Assembly (NCBI GenBank): GCA_965645245.1
Contig: OZ287079.1
Coordinates: forward strand, 1,054,001-1,118,000
Length of the DNA stretch: 64,000 bases
Reading direction: 5' to 3'
Origin: Massalongia carnosa
Taxonomy: Eukaryota
Numbering within the stretch: the stretch's first letter is position 1; each line of letters begins with the position of its first letter. Positions 11,852 to 22,682 of this stretch are shown here, in pieces. The notes under the pieces were generated by a model. The model ran no database searches and had not been told where the DNA came from. It worked only from the letters and a program-made list of their open reading frames with translations. Both the position numbers and the translations under genes were made by a program.

Positions 11852-14560
11852 ATGCCTATCCTTGAAGGGCCTGACAAAGGCTTATCCATCGCTCCTACGG
11901 AGTCGGAAAATATGCAGTTGGAGTTAATGATTCGGAAGGTGGCGGAAAAAAGCATACGGACCGAGCTGTGTGATGGGCCTGTACCTGATGACCCTACATG
12001 GGACAAAGCAAGGGGAGTGGAAAAAGACATGATGTCGTATAGTCATGTTGGAACATGTACAAGTGATCGGATCGAGTTGATGGAGAGAATCAAGAGAGGC
12101 GAGAGTCCTACCTGGGTACCGAAACAATCGGTACGTAGAAAACGTCGAACCGCTGTTCAGCTGAAGTATGTGTTGGCCGACAGTATTTCATGGTTGCTTA
12201 GGCACAAGGATTGGGACTCTTTTCGTCGGGCACCATGGGTTTCAACCTACATGCTTGGATGCAGTGTATATGATTTACCTAAGAGTCTTCGGGAAAGGAA
12301 ATTATGGTTGGCTATGAACCGTCAGCTGGTTGATAACGGTGAGGTAACCTTGGGAGAGTGTTACTAATAGAAATTTATACTACAGCTTGAGGAATATTAT
12401 AAAAACGACAACGCAAAATCTCCTTTGCCACCCATCGACCTCACCCAAACTGACCAAGTCGTCACCAACAAACCTACTACAGAAGTTCAGAATACAGTAC
12501 GAAATCGAGGGACTACGTTAGAGGCAAGACTTAGCCCGCCAACTGAAATGCAAAGACCACGGTCCGCGTTACATACTGGTGATTTTACCGATGATTCCGT
12601 GAATCAAAAATACCCACGTAACGATATTTCAACCGTCCCAGGTCCTTGTGCAGGGTCCTTTCTCACCGAAGCACTGAGCCCTTCACCATCCACGCCCTGG
12701 TTCACTCCAAGCTCCTCGTTCAGTGGGTTTGTAGCCGGCGCATATACTCAATCCGTTGAGAAAGCCTCCTTTGTGATAGGTCAGCGACCGGTGAGAAGTC
12801 GAGCTCCTTCGCTCGGTTCCTATTCATCAAGCTACGTGCTTAAAGCACCCACAACGCCGCTTGTCCAGCAATCAAATAACACCGACCTTGATTTTTCGCC
12901 GATGGAACTTTCAACCAGCCCTAGCAAGGCTAATAGACGTCATACACTTCCGCCATATACGCTACAAAGTTTGCAGTCCTCCCAAATCGCCCAACACCCA
13001 GCCCTTACACATGATGCCCGTCACCTAGTCTATCACAGAGGGGGGGGTTTGGCCCATCAAAGGCATCATCCTCGAAGATCCTTAACATCAAATTGGTCTC
13101 TTCAGACGTCGAAATCTCCACAAGCACCAGGATTCCTACGTCCTAGGAAGGCCTCCTACTCTGAATCATCCCCTCTGCAAAATGCTTCCATGGTTGGATC
13201 TTTTGAGGAGTCGATACTTCGTGGTTCAATGTCCACAGCCCCTTCAAAGCCATTCAACTTTACCGCACAGATCGGTGTTCTTGGAAATGGAAGCTGCAAG
13301 CCTAAATGTCCAGCCCACGTGACTATTCCGTTTCCGGCTGTGTTTTATAGCTGGGGAGATGGTGGTAGAAGTCAAACTCTGGTTGATGATGAGCCTAGTC
13401 CGTACGTGGGTCATATCGATATACAAAACTCCTTACTCCCTGCAGAGCCAACAAGAAGCCCAGAAAGGCATGCTGAAGGCTTTTGGGGGAACGCTGAATA
13501 CGGGCCTAGAAATGCTACTCAGTTTTCTGACTTTGACAATGGAATCACGTTGCATGCAAAGAAGAGTAAAAAGAGACGAAGAACATCTTCTCCCGCTCAA
13601 GTCCCGCTTGGAGGAAGTTATCGAATCCCTGAACAAGGCCAGCTTCAAATCGTAATCAAGAACCCGAACAAAACAGCAGTAAAGCTCTTTCTAGTGCCAT
13701 ACGATCTAACCGGCATGGAAGCAGGTACGAAAACCTTTGTTCGCCAGCGATGCTATTCCACGGAACCTGTTGACGGAGGAATTCTGGCCGTCAAGCCTAT
13801 AACACATCAGTCTGCCGCCCTGAACAGATCGCCTTTGTCAAAGAAAAGACCTACATTGCGATATCTAATCCACCTCAATATCTGCAGTCCCTCCAAAGGG
13901 CGCTTCTATCTATATCAACACATCCGTGTGGTCTTCGCCAACCGCGTTCCGGACAACAAGGAACGTTTGCAAACCGATATTCAAATCCCACAACCACGAT
14001 ACAGCCCTTATAAGCCTGGCCGTGAAATCCACTCTGGAGCAAGTCACCACCCATCGGTAAGAGACAACGTAGAGAAGGCGTACAGGCTGCGAAGCTCCGG
14101 CTTCGGTTTCCCTGTTGACAGCCTGGCTAACGACTCCATCCACTTTCCCATCCACGCCCCATCCCGCAATTCGCCTATGCCTTCAATACCTTACAGTCTC
14201 TCAATACCCATATCACGAGAACGCAGCCCGACATCGGCAGAAATTGTCGACTTCCCAGCACTAGAGACGGGTGAAATTTTGTGCGCTTCCACCGCCTCTT
14301 CGGAAGCGATACAGTCTCCCTCGCTTGGTGGTAGCAATAATAAGCTAGGAACTTTCAACACGCTCCTGCTGTCAAGTGCCTGCAGTCGCAATTCCTGTAG
14401 CGGCAACGACGAGGGATATGGAAAACTGAGCAAAGGAGATGAGGGGTACGGAGGTTTTTTCGGGAGACCCGAGACTCCGGACCCGGGGGAAGGGTTGTTA
14501 GCAAGGAAGCTACGGGGTTTGGGGGTGAGAAGGGAAGACGAAAGTAGTTTGTCCATGTAA
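11852..14560 (+). CDS. DUF4210/FAM214 (Atos-like) domain protein
   Basis: MVGSFEESILRGSMS...FTAQIGVLG...CPAHVTIPFPAVFY and YRIPEQGQLQIVIKNPNKTAVKLFLVPYDL...LRYLIHL. Intron 12131-12385 joins ORFs 11852 and 12425. Confidence 0.85.
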
Positions 14561-15135
14561 TTGAGGTAATCGGTGGGTTATTGTTGTGAGTTATTTCTTA
14601 TTATGTTAGACAGGTGTTTTGACTTTGGGAACTATATTAGGAGGGATGTTTTCAAGTATCAATTTGAGCAGGTGAGGTTTTGAATATATTTGAAGATTAG
14701 TCATTAGAGCTAGCTAGGTCAGTAGAAAAGGGTTTACGTGAAGTATCATGTGGATGAGGTAGATTAATCACTTCACAACATGCACAAAAACCCTCCTTCT
14801 ATTTCGCCCTTATCCTTTCCCTTTTCTCTTTGTCTTCAAGCCAACGATAGATATCCTTCGACTCTCCCTATGGTTTTTCAGATCTTTGAAGGTTGGGGAG
14901 AAGGAGGAAAGTGAAGGAGGAAGGAAATTCATAAGAACCCTGATACCTCCTATGTTTTGAGCCTGTACTGGTGGTTGTTGGGTTGCTTCCGCCATTTAGT
15001 CTTCGTAAGGCTTCAAGGGTTGAGTGATTGCTAACCTTTTTCGTATTATTTGGTTTTGGTTTCATGTGAAAAGAAGAGAAAAAAAAAAAGGATACGTGTG
15101 ATATCATCACGTGCTTCTGACAATGGGAAAAGCAG

Positions 15136-16927
15136 CTACCCTTCGCGCTTCCGGAACTGCACCATCGGCCCCTCCCTCAACGCAATATAGGCATCCTCCA
15201 GCTGAAAATCATTCGGGTTCCGCCTCCCCCACCCCCACCCGGGCGCGCCCTGGCCCATCATGTCTCCCGGCGGCACCCGGACGTCTAGGCGATGCAACGT
15301 TCGCGCCACCACGATCATGAGCTCCAGCAGCGCCAAGTTCTTGCCCACGCAGCTGGCCGGGCCGGCCGAGAAGGGGTACCAGGACGACCGCGCGCGGGCG
15401 ACGTCTTCGGCCGTGACCCCGGCAGCGTCGTCGACAACCCAGCGCTCGGGCCGGTAGACGACCGGGTCGATGAAGTACGCTTCGTTGCGGTGCAGGGACC
15501 ACGCCGAGCTCCCGATCTGCACCCCTTGAGGGATGTAGTCCCCTTCCACCGTCAAACCCCCGGGTAATACCTCACGCTGGAGCTCGCTCGTGACGGCAGG
15601 GCATATACGCAGCGCTTCGTCGATGCAAGCGCGCAGATACTGGCACGAGGATAAGGTCGGGCCACCCCGGATCTCATCGGCGGACGAAAATGTGCTGCGG
15701 ATCTCGTGGGTGAGTTTGCGGTAGACCAGCGCGTTGCGAGTGATATAAAAGAATAGCGCGCAGATGGTGGTAGACGTAGTGTCCAAGCCCGCGATGACCA
15801 GGAGATTGGCTTCGGCTACTAGTTCATCTTTCTGGTAAGCAGGCGCGCCTGTATTGGGATTTTTGGCCTGGAATAGGTAGTGGAACATGTCTTTTCGCAC
15901 TTCCCTTTGGTCGGATGTCTGCTTTGTGAGCTGTTGCTCCACTTGGATTCGTTGTGTGACGCTGTCCTCCAAGAAGTCGAAGTAACGCCTCACATCCTTG
16001 GGCGTGACGCGCTCCAGAAGGCTATTCAGACCTCGGGGCTTCAGCCATACCCAAAAACTCAGCGTTGGGGATTGAGCAAGCTTCCCGCCAGGTCAGTATT
16101 ACTTCAATACATTTTGGCTTGACATACCGGATACATGAAGCGCAAGTACGAGGCAATAGCGTGCGGTATAGCTCGAAGCGGATTATCTCCAGGTTCCTTG
16201 GTCTCAAACGACCTCCCAAAACACAAATCGCCCAGATTATCCAACAAGAGGCAGTCACTCAGCTGAGTCATGTTCTGCGGTTGCGACCAATCTTGATCAT
16301 TGTCGTCCAAGAGCAGCTCGCACCAGCGGTCGACATGCTTGTTGACAAACTTTTCCGCCGAGTGAATCGCCTTCTCCGAGAAGACCAAGTTGAGAATTCG
16401 TCTTTTCCATGCATGAACCACTCTGTCCGTTGTGGTAAATGTGTTTCTGTCCTGCTCGTTTCTCGGCCAGGTATCGTAAAACTTGTTTTTTTTTACGTTG
16501 GCTTTCATACTATATATATCACGGTATCCATCGGGTGAGTTGACGAGAATACCGTTCGGATGGTAACGAAATTTATCGCCTTTGGAAACATCAAAATCCC
16601 GTGATCCACTTGCTTGCTAGATTTATTGAGTCATACCGTAGATTTGATGACACTGCCAAATCCAAACGTGACGGTAGCCTGTCAAAGAATGATAGAAGGA
16701 CGGCCACGCAGAGATCTTCGCCCAGAACGGACCGGGGAATTTGGCCAAGGGACTGAAATAGACATTGTAGATTGCCGCTGCAACAAACTAACGAGATGAT
16801 AAGCAGCGTCACAATCGTAGCCACCGACAATCTGGCTTACATAAATTGTAACCGCTGCGAGGCTCAGGAGCAGCCCGTGGTTCAGTATCTCATGAAGGAT
16901 GATGGTCAAGGAAATGTTTGTTGCCAT
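15136..16927 (-). CDS. Cytochrome P450 monooxygenase, multi-exon
   Basis: Hydrophobic N-terminal anchor from ATG 16927, I-helix AGLDTT, EALR (ExxR), PERW and heme motif PFSAGPASCVG. Confidence 0.9.
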
Positions 16928-17175
16928 CGTCCGCGATGAGAGTTTCCAACGATTGAGAGGTCTTCGTGGTTGCAATGGTAGTTCATTCGTGAAGCCAGGA
17001 TATGATGAGATGAAGTTATATCTCTAGGATTTGCCTCGCTTATGGAAAGGCTCCGATGATCCGAAAGGGTCTTGAGTTGTTCATGCGACCTGACAACCGG
17101 TCGTGCCGGTCCAAAACCCCGGTTCATGCAGGCGACTGGTACGAGTACCATTTAACAACTTGAGCCGTAAACGAT

Positions 17176-18859
17176 GATGATGTATTCATACTCCGATATG
17201 TCACTGGCCGTAGGCCGGCCCATGCGGGCAAAGCCATCTAAGTTATGTTACATGGAAAACCTTTTTCAGGTGTAAAAACCATATCCCTTGATACCTGTCA
17301 AATGTGACACCGGGTCGACGTCCGACAGGAGACGCAGAGCGAAAATCATGTGAGAACTGTGACGCCTTGTGAGATAAGAAGGAAAAGAGAAGTGAAACTA
17401 CTGTTAATTGTACAATAGTGTAGATGCCAGTGAGAATTGGGTCAGTAGACCTGTTTCATTAGCCAAGTAGTTAATATCTTTAGAGTTTTTGATGTTTCGG
17501 TCAGCTGTTGATAGTTGTTCGTGCCAGCGGCGCAAAACATCTGTTCTCTATTGTCAATAAGTCTACAGAACATAATTACGTGTTCTGGAGTTTGTCTGTG
17601 CCAGCCACATGGGCAGGCCGGTGAGGTGACGGCGGGGACCCGTCGCTGGTAGAGGAAGTCAGCTAGACCGATCTTACCGGTGCGGATCTGTGTTGTCAGG
17701 GCGCTTTCTGCCTTTTTTAGCAGCGTGTGTATTTTCAGTCGTTTTTTGCTCAGTGGGACTGCTTGCGCTATGGAGGGTTCGGTGACGCGATTTTGATATG
17801 CGCTCCACGAGTCGTTCCAAACTTTCAGCTGTCGTGCTTTAATTGTCTGCATTTGTTTTTGACGAGCCAACGCTGCTACGGAGACTTCGCAGAGATGTGC
17901 TGGGGAGGGGTCGGACCATGGTGGGTGTGCTTTGGGTGGTTGAACGATTTTTGCGTCGATCAGTAGGTTTTTGGCCCAGGTGTGCTTCAGCTCTCCCGGA
18001 GTGGGGTTTTGAAGGCGTTTGCGACCTGCCTTGCCTTGAAGTTTGTTAACTATTTTGCTGCATGCGGAAGAAATGACCTTCGATTGACCTCCGGCTCGGA
18101 GTCGATGTCTGGCCTGCGCCTGTAGCGTGTCGAGGTGTACATCTATGGGTGCTATGTATGTCTCTGCTTCAAGAACTGGAATGGGAGTGGCTTTAAAGGC
18201 ACCGGCTATAGTGCGAAGGCAGTTGTTTTGCATAACGGAGAGCTTGCTCGTTGACGTTTTTGACTTTTTGACTTCTTTGGGCATGTGCCATACGCTTGAC
18301 CCGTATGTCATGACCGGACGCACTACGGCGCTGTAAACTTGCCTTGCTTTGGTGAAGGTGGCACCCCAAGTCGATGTGGAGATTTTTGTCAATGCCATGG
18401 ATTGTTTAACCATTTTCTTTTGCGTTTTGCGAACGTGCGGTCCCCATTTCAATTTGGTGTCAATTTGCAAGCCTAAGACTCTAATGTCCGTTTTTGGTTC
18501 AATTTCGGTACTTGCAATGTTGATAGATGCAGCCATATTGAATATTTTGGGATTTCTAGACAAGTGAATGAGTTCGTACTTCGTCGGAGCGAATAGAGAT
18601 CCGTGTCGTGAAGCCCACTTTTCGCATTGTCTGTGTATTGACTCCAGAGTCTTGCAATTCTCTTCGGTGCTTTTTCCATATGCCAAAATGTTGGCATCGT
18701 CTACAAATCCTATGGCACTTGTGTTTGTGCCTGGTCGCTCACATATTTCCAATAGGTCTGCATTATAGAATAGATAAAGGATGGATGAGAGAGGGGAGCC
18801 TTGTGGTATGCCAGTTCTCACCGCGAATCGTCCGGTCGCTTTTCGATTTATAGCTAGAG
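17176..18859 (-). mobile_element. 5'-truncated non-LTR retrotransposon (Tad-like LINE)
   Basis: RT motifs GIPQGSPLSSILYLFY, GFVDD and LGLQIDTKLKW; C-terminal CPCG...H...C knuckle; stop at 17442. The 3' end reads GAATAC(ATC)n on the minus strand. Flanked by a 15-bp direct repeat TGAGCCGTAAACGAT (17161-17175, 18860-18874). Confidence 0.95.
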
Positions 18860-18939
18860 TGAGCCGTAAACGATAGTTCTTCGCGTTCGCTGGTATAAAA
18901 TATACAAGAATATATATCATTAGCACGCATGCGTTTATG

Positions 18940-19074
18940 CTTGATATACTTGATATACTTGATATACTTGATATACTTGATATACTTGATATACTTGATA
19001 TACTTGATATACTTGATATACTTGATATACTTGATATACTTGATATACTTGATATACTTGATATACTTGATATA
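18940..19074. repeat. Tandem repeat (CTTGATATA)x15, followed by degenerate units
   Basis: Fifteen perfect 9-bp units read directly from the sequence, decaying to about 19110. Confidence 0.98.
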
Positions 19075-19179
19075 CTTAATATGCTTGGAATTCTTGTCAC
19101 TTGATACTTAAAAAACTACTGTAAACGACATCTATGTATTAGATTGATAATTATAATAAAAATGCAGTCTTCCATAATC

Positions 19180-19267
19180 GGTCTCATAACTCAGTTGGTT
19201 AGAGTGTGGTCCTAATATACTATGTATGTGAAGGCCAAAGTCGCGAGTTCGACCCTCGTTGAGACCA
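19180..19267 (+). tRNA. tRNA-Ile(AAT) with a 14-nt intron
   Basis: Acceptor stem GGTCTCA/TGAGACC; D arm ACTC..GAGT; anticodon stem TGGTC/GGCCA with AAT at 19214-19216; intron 19218-19231; T arm GCGAG-TTCGACC-CTCGT; T runs downstream. Confidence 0.93.
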
Positions 19268-20300
19268 AACAATGTTTTGATTTTTAATGGAGAGAGAGAG
19301 ATGCAGGATCAGGTAGTAGTAGAGGAGATTCAACGCCCACAATCTTAGACACTTTCACGAGTGGAAGGTCGCTCCAGCTAACTTATGCATCGGTTTTGGT
19401 TCTTGCTTTGAAGGATCGAAAGACGTTCTGGTTCTCCTAAAAGCATTTCAGGCAGACGAGTTACGGCTGTCAGGAGTTTGAATAGTTTGTGCGTTACCAG
19501 ATCAATTCTCTCAAGAAAGTAGAACACCTAGGAGTACAGAGTTCTCCGTACGCTGCTGAACATCGGCTGTTAGTGGGAGTCAGGGGGTGATGAGCTCTGA
19601 ATGATTGATTGGTTGATTGACGGGTTTGGGGGGGAGTAGGGGGAGTTTACCGCGCGGAATGTCGGAATCTTTCCCTGGCGATTCGATAAGGATTCAATGA
19701 GCCCCAGTGAGCCTATCAGAACTGACCCATTGGCGTCTACGGGCCATCCAAAGCTTGTCTGTGTGCCCTAATGTGGTCTAATGTGGCCTAGTGAGCCCTA
19801 ATGCGCCCATTCCGCTTGCATTTCCTTCATCCCGTCCTTGACTGCGTCCACACATTGACGCACTGCGCAGTGCAGAGCATGTACTTCGTACCATGGTATA
19901 GGTACAACACTATTCCGTATTCTGTATATCGCCAGCGTTGTACAGAGTACGGAATACAGAGTACGGGATACAGAATACTCGTAATGGGAATCCTCCGGCC
20001 ATGCGCGTCTGTCATCGGTGGGAGAGAGAGAGCCAAGGATAAGGTTAGTCTCTGAAAACATCCCAGGGCTGCCAGCCGTCTTTTCCCTTTTGTAATGCGA
20101 TCTCAATTTCCATCAGACACGATGGAAGAGGCCAACGGATCTCCGGCTCAACATGCACACACCCAAACCCCCCCCCCCAATTTCATATCTAAGCATATCA
20201 CATTACATCCAACTCCCCCCTTCCGCCATCCTTTTAAACCATCGAGGACCCCTTCACACGTTCAAACTTCTGCCTCTACCTAATTCCAGTTCATGCTAGT

Positions 20301-22010
20301 ATGAGGTTTTCGGACATCGCTGTGACGCTTTTATGCGCATCTAATGTGTGTTCAGCAGGCCCGTTGGCTGATATACCCGTGGATGCGAAACATCAACGAC
20401 CTTCACGTCTGGAGAAACGCCAAAAGTTCGACCAAGGGCAACCGATCGACGCAAAAGGCAGAGGCGATTCTTTTTCCGGTTGGTGCTCCTCGTCTGTTCA
20501 ACGAGCCCAGCTAACACGGCCAAGGAGGCACTAATCACCAGATTGACCTCGACAACCCAGACAACCTTGGCGCCGAGGGCACTGACGGTGGAACCGTGCC
20601 GAATCTGAAATGGAGTTTTTCCGGCTCCAAAATCAAGCTGTTCAAAGGCGGTTGGGTACGGGAGCAAGTGGTCAGCGATCTACCCGCTAGCCAGGATCTC
20701 TCCGCTGCACAGCTACATCTAACCAAAGGGGCTGTGCGAGAGCTCCATTGGCACCGCGTAGTATGTCTGGGGAAACCATGAGCCCCAGTGGGCCAGCTGA
20801 CAATTGCTAGGCTGAATGGGCCATTGTGACAGCCGGCTCGGTGCGACTCTCGGCGGTGGATGAGAATGGACGGAGTCAGATTGATGTCCTGCAAACAGGC
20901 GATATTTGGTACTTTCCAAAAGGCGCCGCGCATACATTTCAAGGTAAAAGGTTGAACAGCATGGACCGGTTCATTTGGCTGAGACGCGTAGGCCTGGAAG
21001 AAGCCAATGAGTTTTTGTTGGTCTTTGACGACGGTACATACCTGCCGTCATCTTTGTCTCCTCTGCTAACGTCCATCAAGGAAACTTCGACGCAGTTGGG
21101 TAGACTTCTCGCAGCGCCCCTCAAACGATACGTGATATTTTTTCTAACTCACCGCCGCAGAACAACCTACATGGTCGATGACTGGCTTATGCACACTCCC
21201 AAATCTATCCTGGCCAAGAATTTTAATGTCAACGAATCCGTCTTCGCGCACCTTCCCAAAGCGGACCCCTACATCACACCCCCCATGAACATCAGCGCCT
21301 CGATTGTTTCGAGCCCCAGCGGCGAGATGCAAGGCAACAGTTCCTTTGTGTACCATCTCTCGAAGCTGCCCGCGCAACAGGTCCCCGGAGGAGGCGGCAC
21401 TCTTGCCGTGGTCGATTCGCGGAATTTCCCCATCGCGACCACGATTGCCGCAGCAGTGGTAACGCTGGAGCCGGGAGGGCTGAGGGAGTTGCATTGGCAT
21501 CCGAATGTTAGCGTCCCACGGTTCACTGAGGCCTTTTTGGATCATCTTTATTGACCTTTTCCACTTTGCCCCAAAAAGGCAGCAGAATGGCTTTATTTTC
21601 AACGAGGCCAGGCCCGCGCAACCGTCTTCATCGGCGCCGGTAACGCCCGAACCTTTGACTTTCAAGCCGGCGACACCGCCGTGTTCCCCGACAACTCCGG
21701 TATTCCCTCCTTTCCCTTCCTTTTATTCCACTTTTCCCTTCTTCCCCCTCCCCTCCGGCCCCCTCTTCTCGGGGTGATAGGACTAAACCCTTTCCAAAAA
21801 ATAGGCCACTACATCGAAAACCTCTCCGCCACCGAACCGCTCCTCTGGCTCGAGCTTTACAAATCCGACCGCGTGGTTGACATCAGCCTCTCGCAATGGC
21901 TGGCGCTCACCCCGCCGGAGATCGTCGCGCAAGTGCTGGCTATTCCGGTTGCGGTGGTGGACCGGCTGAAGAAGGAGAAGCAGGTTTTGCTTAAGGGTAG
22001 GGAGGTTTGA
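20301..22010 (+). CDS. Secreted bicupin of the oxalate decarboxylase/oxalate oxidase family, multi-exon
   Basis: Signal peptide and a KR site. Two Mn-cupin motifs: RELHWHRV|AEW...PKGAAH and RELHWHPN|AAEW...SGHYIEN. Also VVDSRNFPIATTIAAAVVTLEPGG. Confidence 0.92.
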
Positions 22011-22682
22011 GCTGGGAAAAAACACAAAAAAAGTGATGGGAGGGTGGGTAAATGGTTGTAGGTGGATTTGTAGGCTGATGAGAGAGTCGATTTGGTTGAT
22101 CGTGATTGATGATAAATTTCTTGTACGAGATAAACGGATTGGTGAGTGGCGGTGAGGGTGATGGATTGAAGTGTTTCCCCCTACCTGTCTATTTATCTAC
22201 CTACCTCTCTTCCACTGATCCTCCTAGAGGCTTCTCGTACGTTTACGGTTTAACGACTATTCATATCTTGCCTCCCTTCCTGTTTACTTACGTGTATGTA
22301 ATTGTCATCTACCAGCTTGGTCTATACAAGATTGAATAAACGAATGAGTAAATGAGTGAATGAACAATCGAACCCATCCGATCGAGCGAGAGAAAAACCC
22401 CCCCTCCTCTCCCTTTTCCTCATTCGTAAACCTAAAAGCCAAAAAACCCGTTGCTTGCTCGATTGCTTGCTTACTTGGGGAATGCAAAGGGGAAAATGGA
22501 GGAAAGTGTGAAAATGTTGGGGGGGGGGGGTGTGGAAAGGAAGGCGGATGGACGGCCGAGGATGAGGTTGGGGGATATGGTGAAGTTTAGCTTTAACGGG
22601 TGATGCTGGCATTGACGGCGGGGGCGGCTTCGGCTTCGGCCTGCTCTTCTTGATCGTCATCGTCTTCCTCCTCCGGCTCCTC

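Noticed and set aside
18940..19074. CRISPR-like array
   Set aside because: It is a pure 9-bp tandem repeat with no spacers and no cas genes, in a eukaryotic context.
17442..19100. 552-aa ORF as a real gene with an (SSI)n N-terminus
   Set aside because: It starts at a non-ATG codon and runs through a tandem repeat and the TSD into the truncated LINE; most likely a chance in-frame junction.
15136..22010. P450 plus cupin as a secondary-metabolite cluster
   Set aside because: No PKS, NRPS, terpene synthase or cluster regulator nearby; the neighbours are housekeeping genes.
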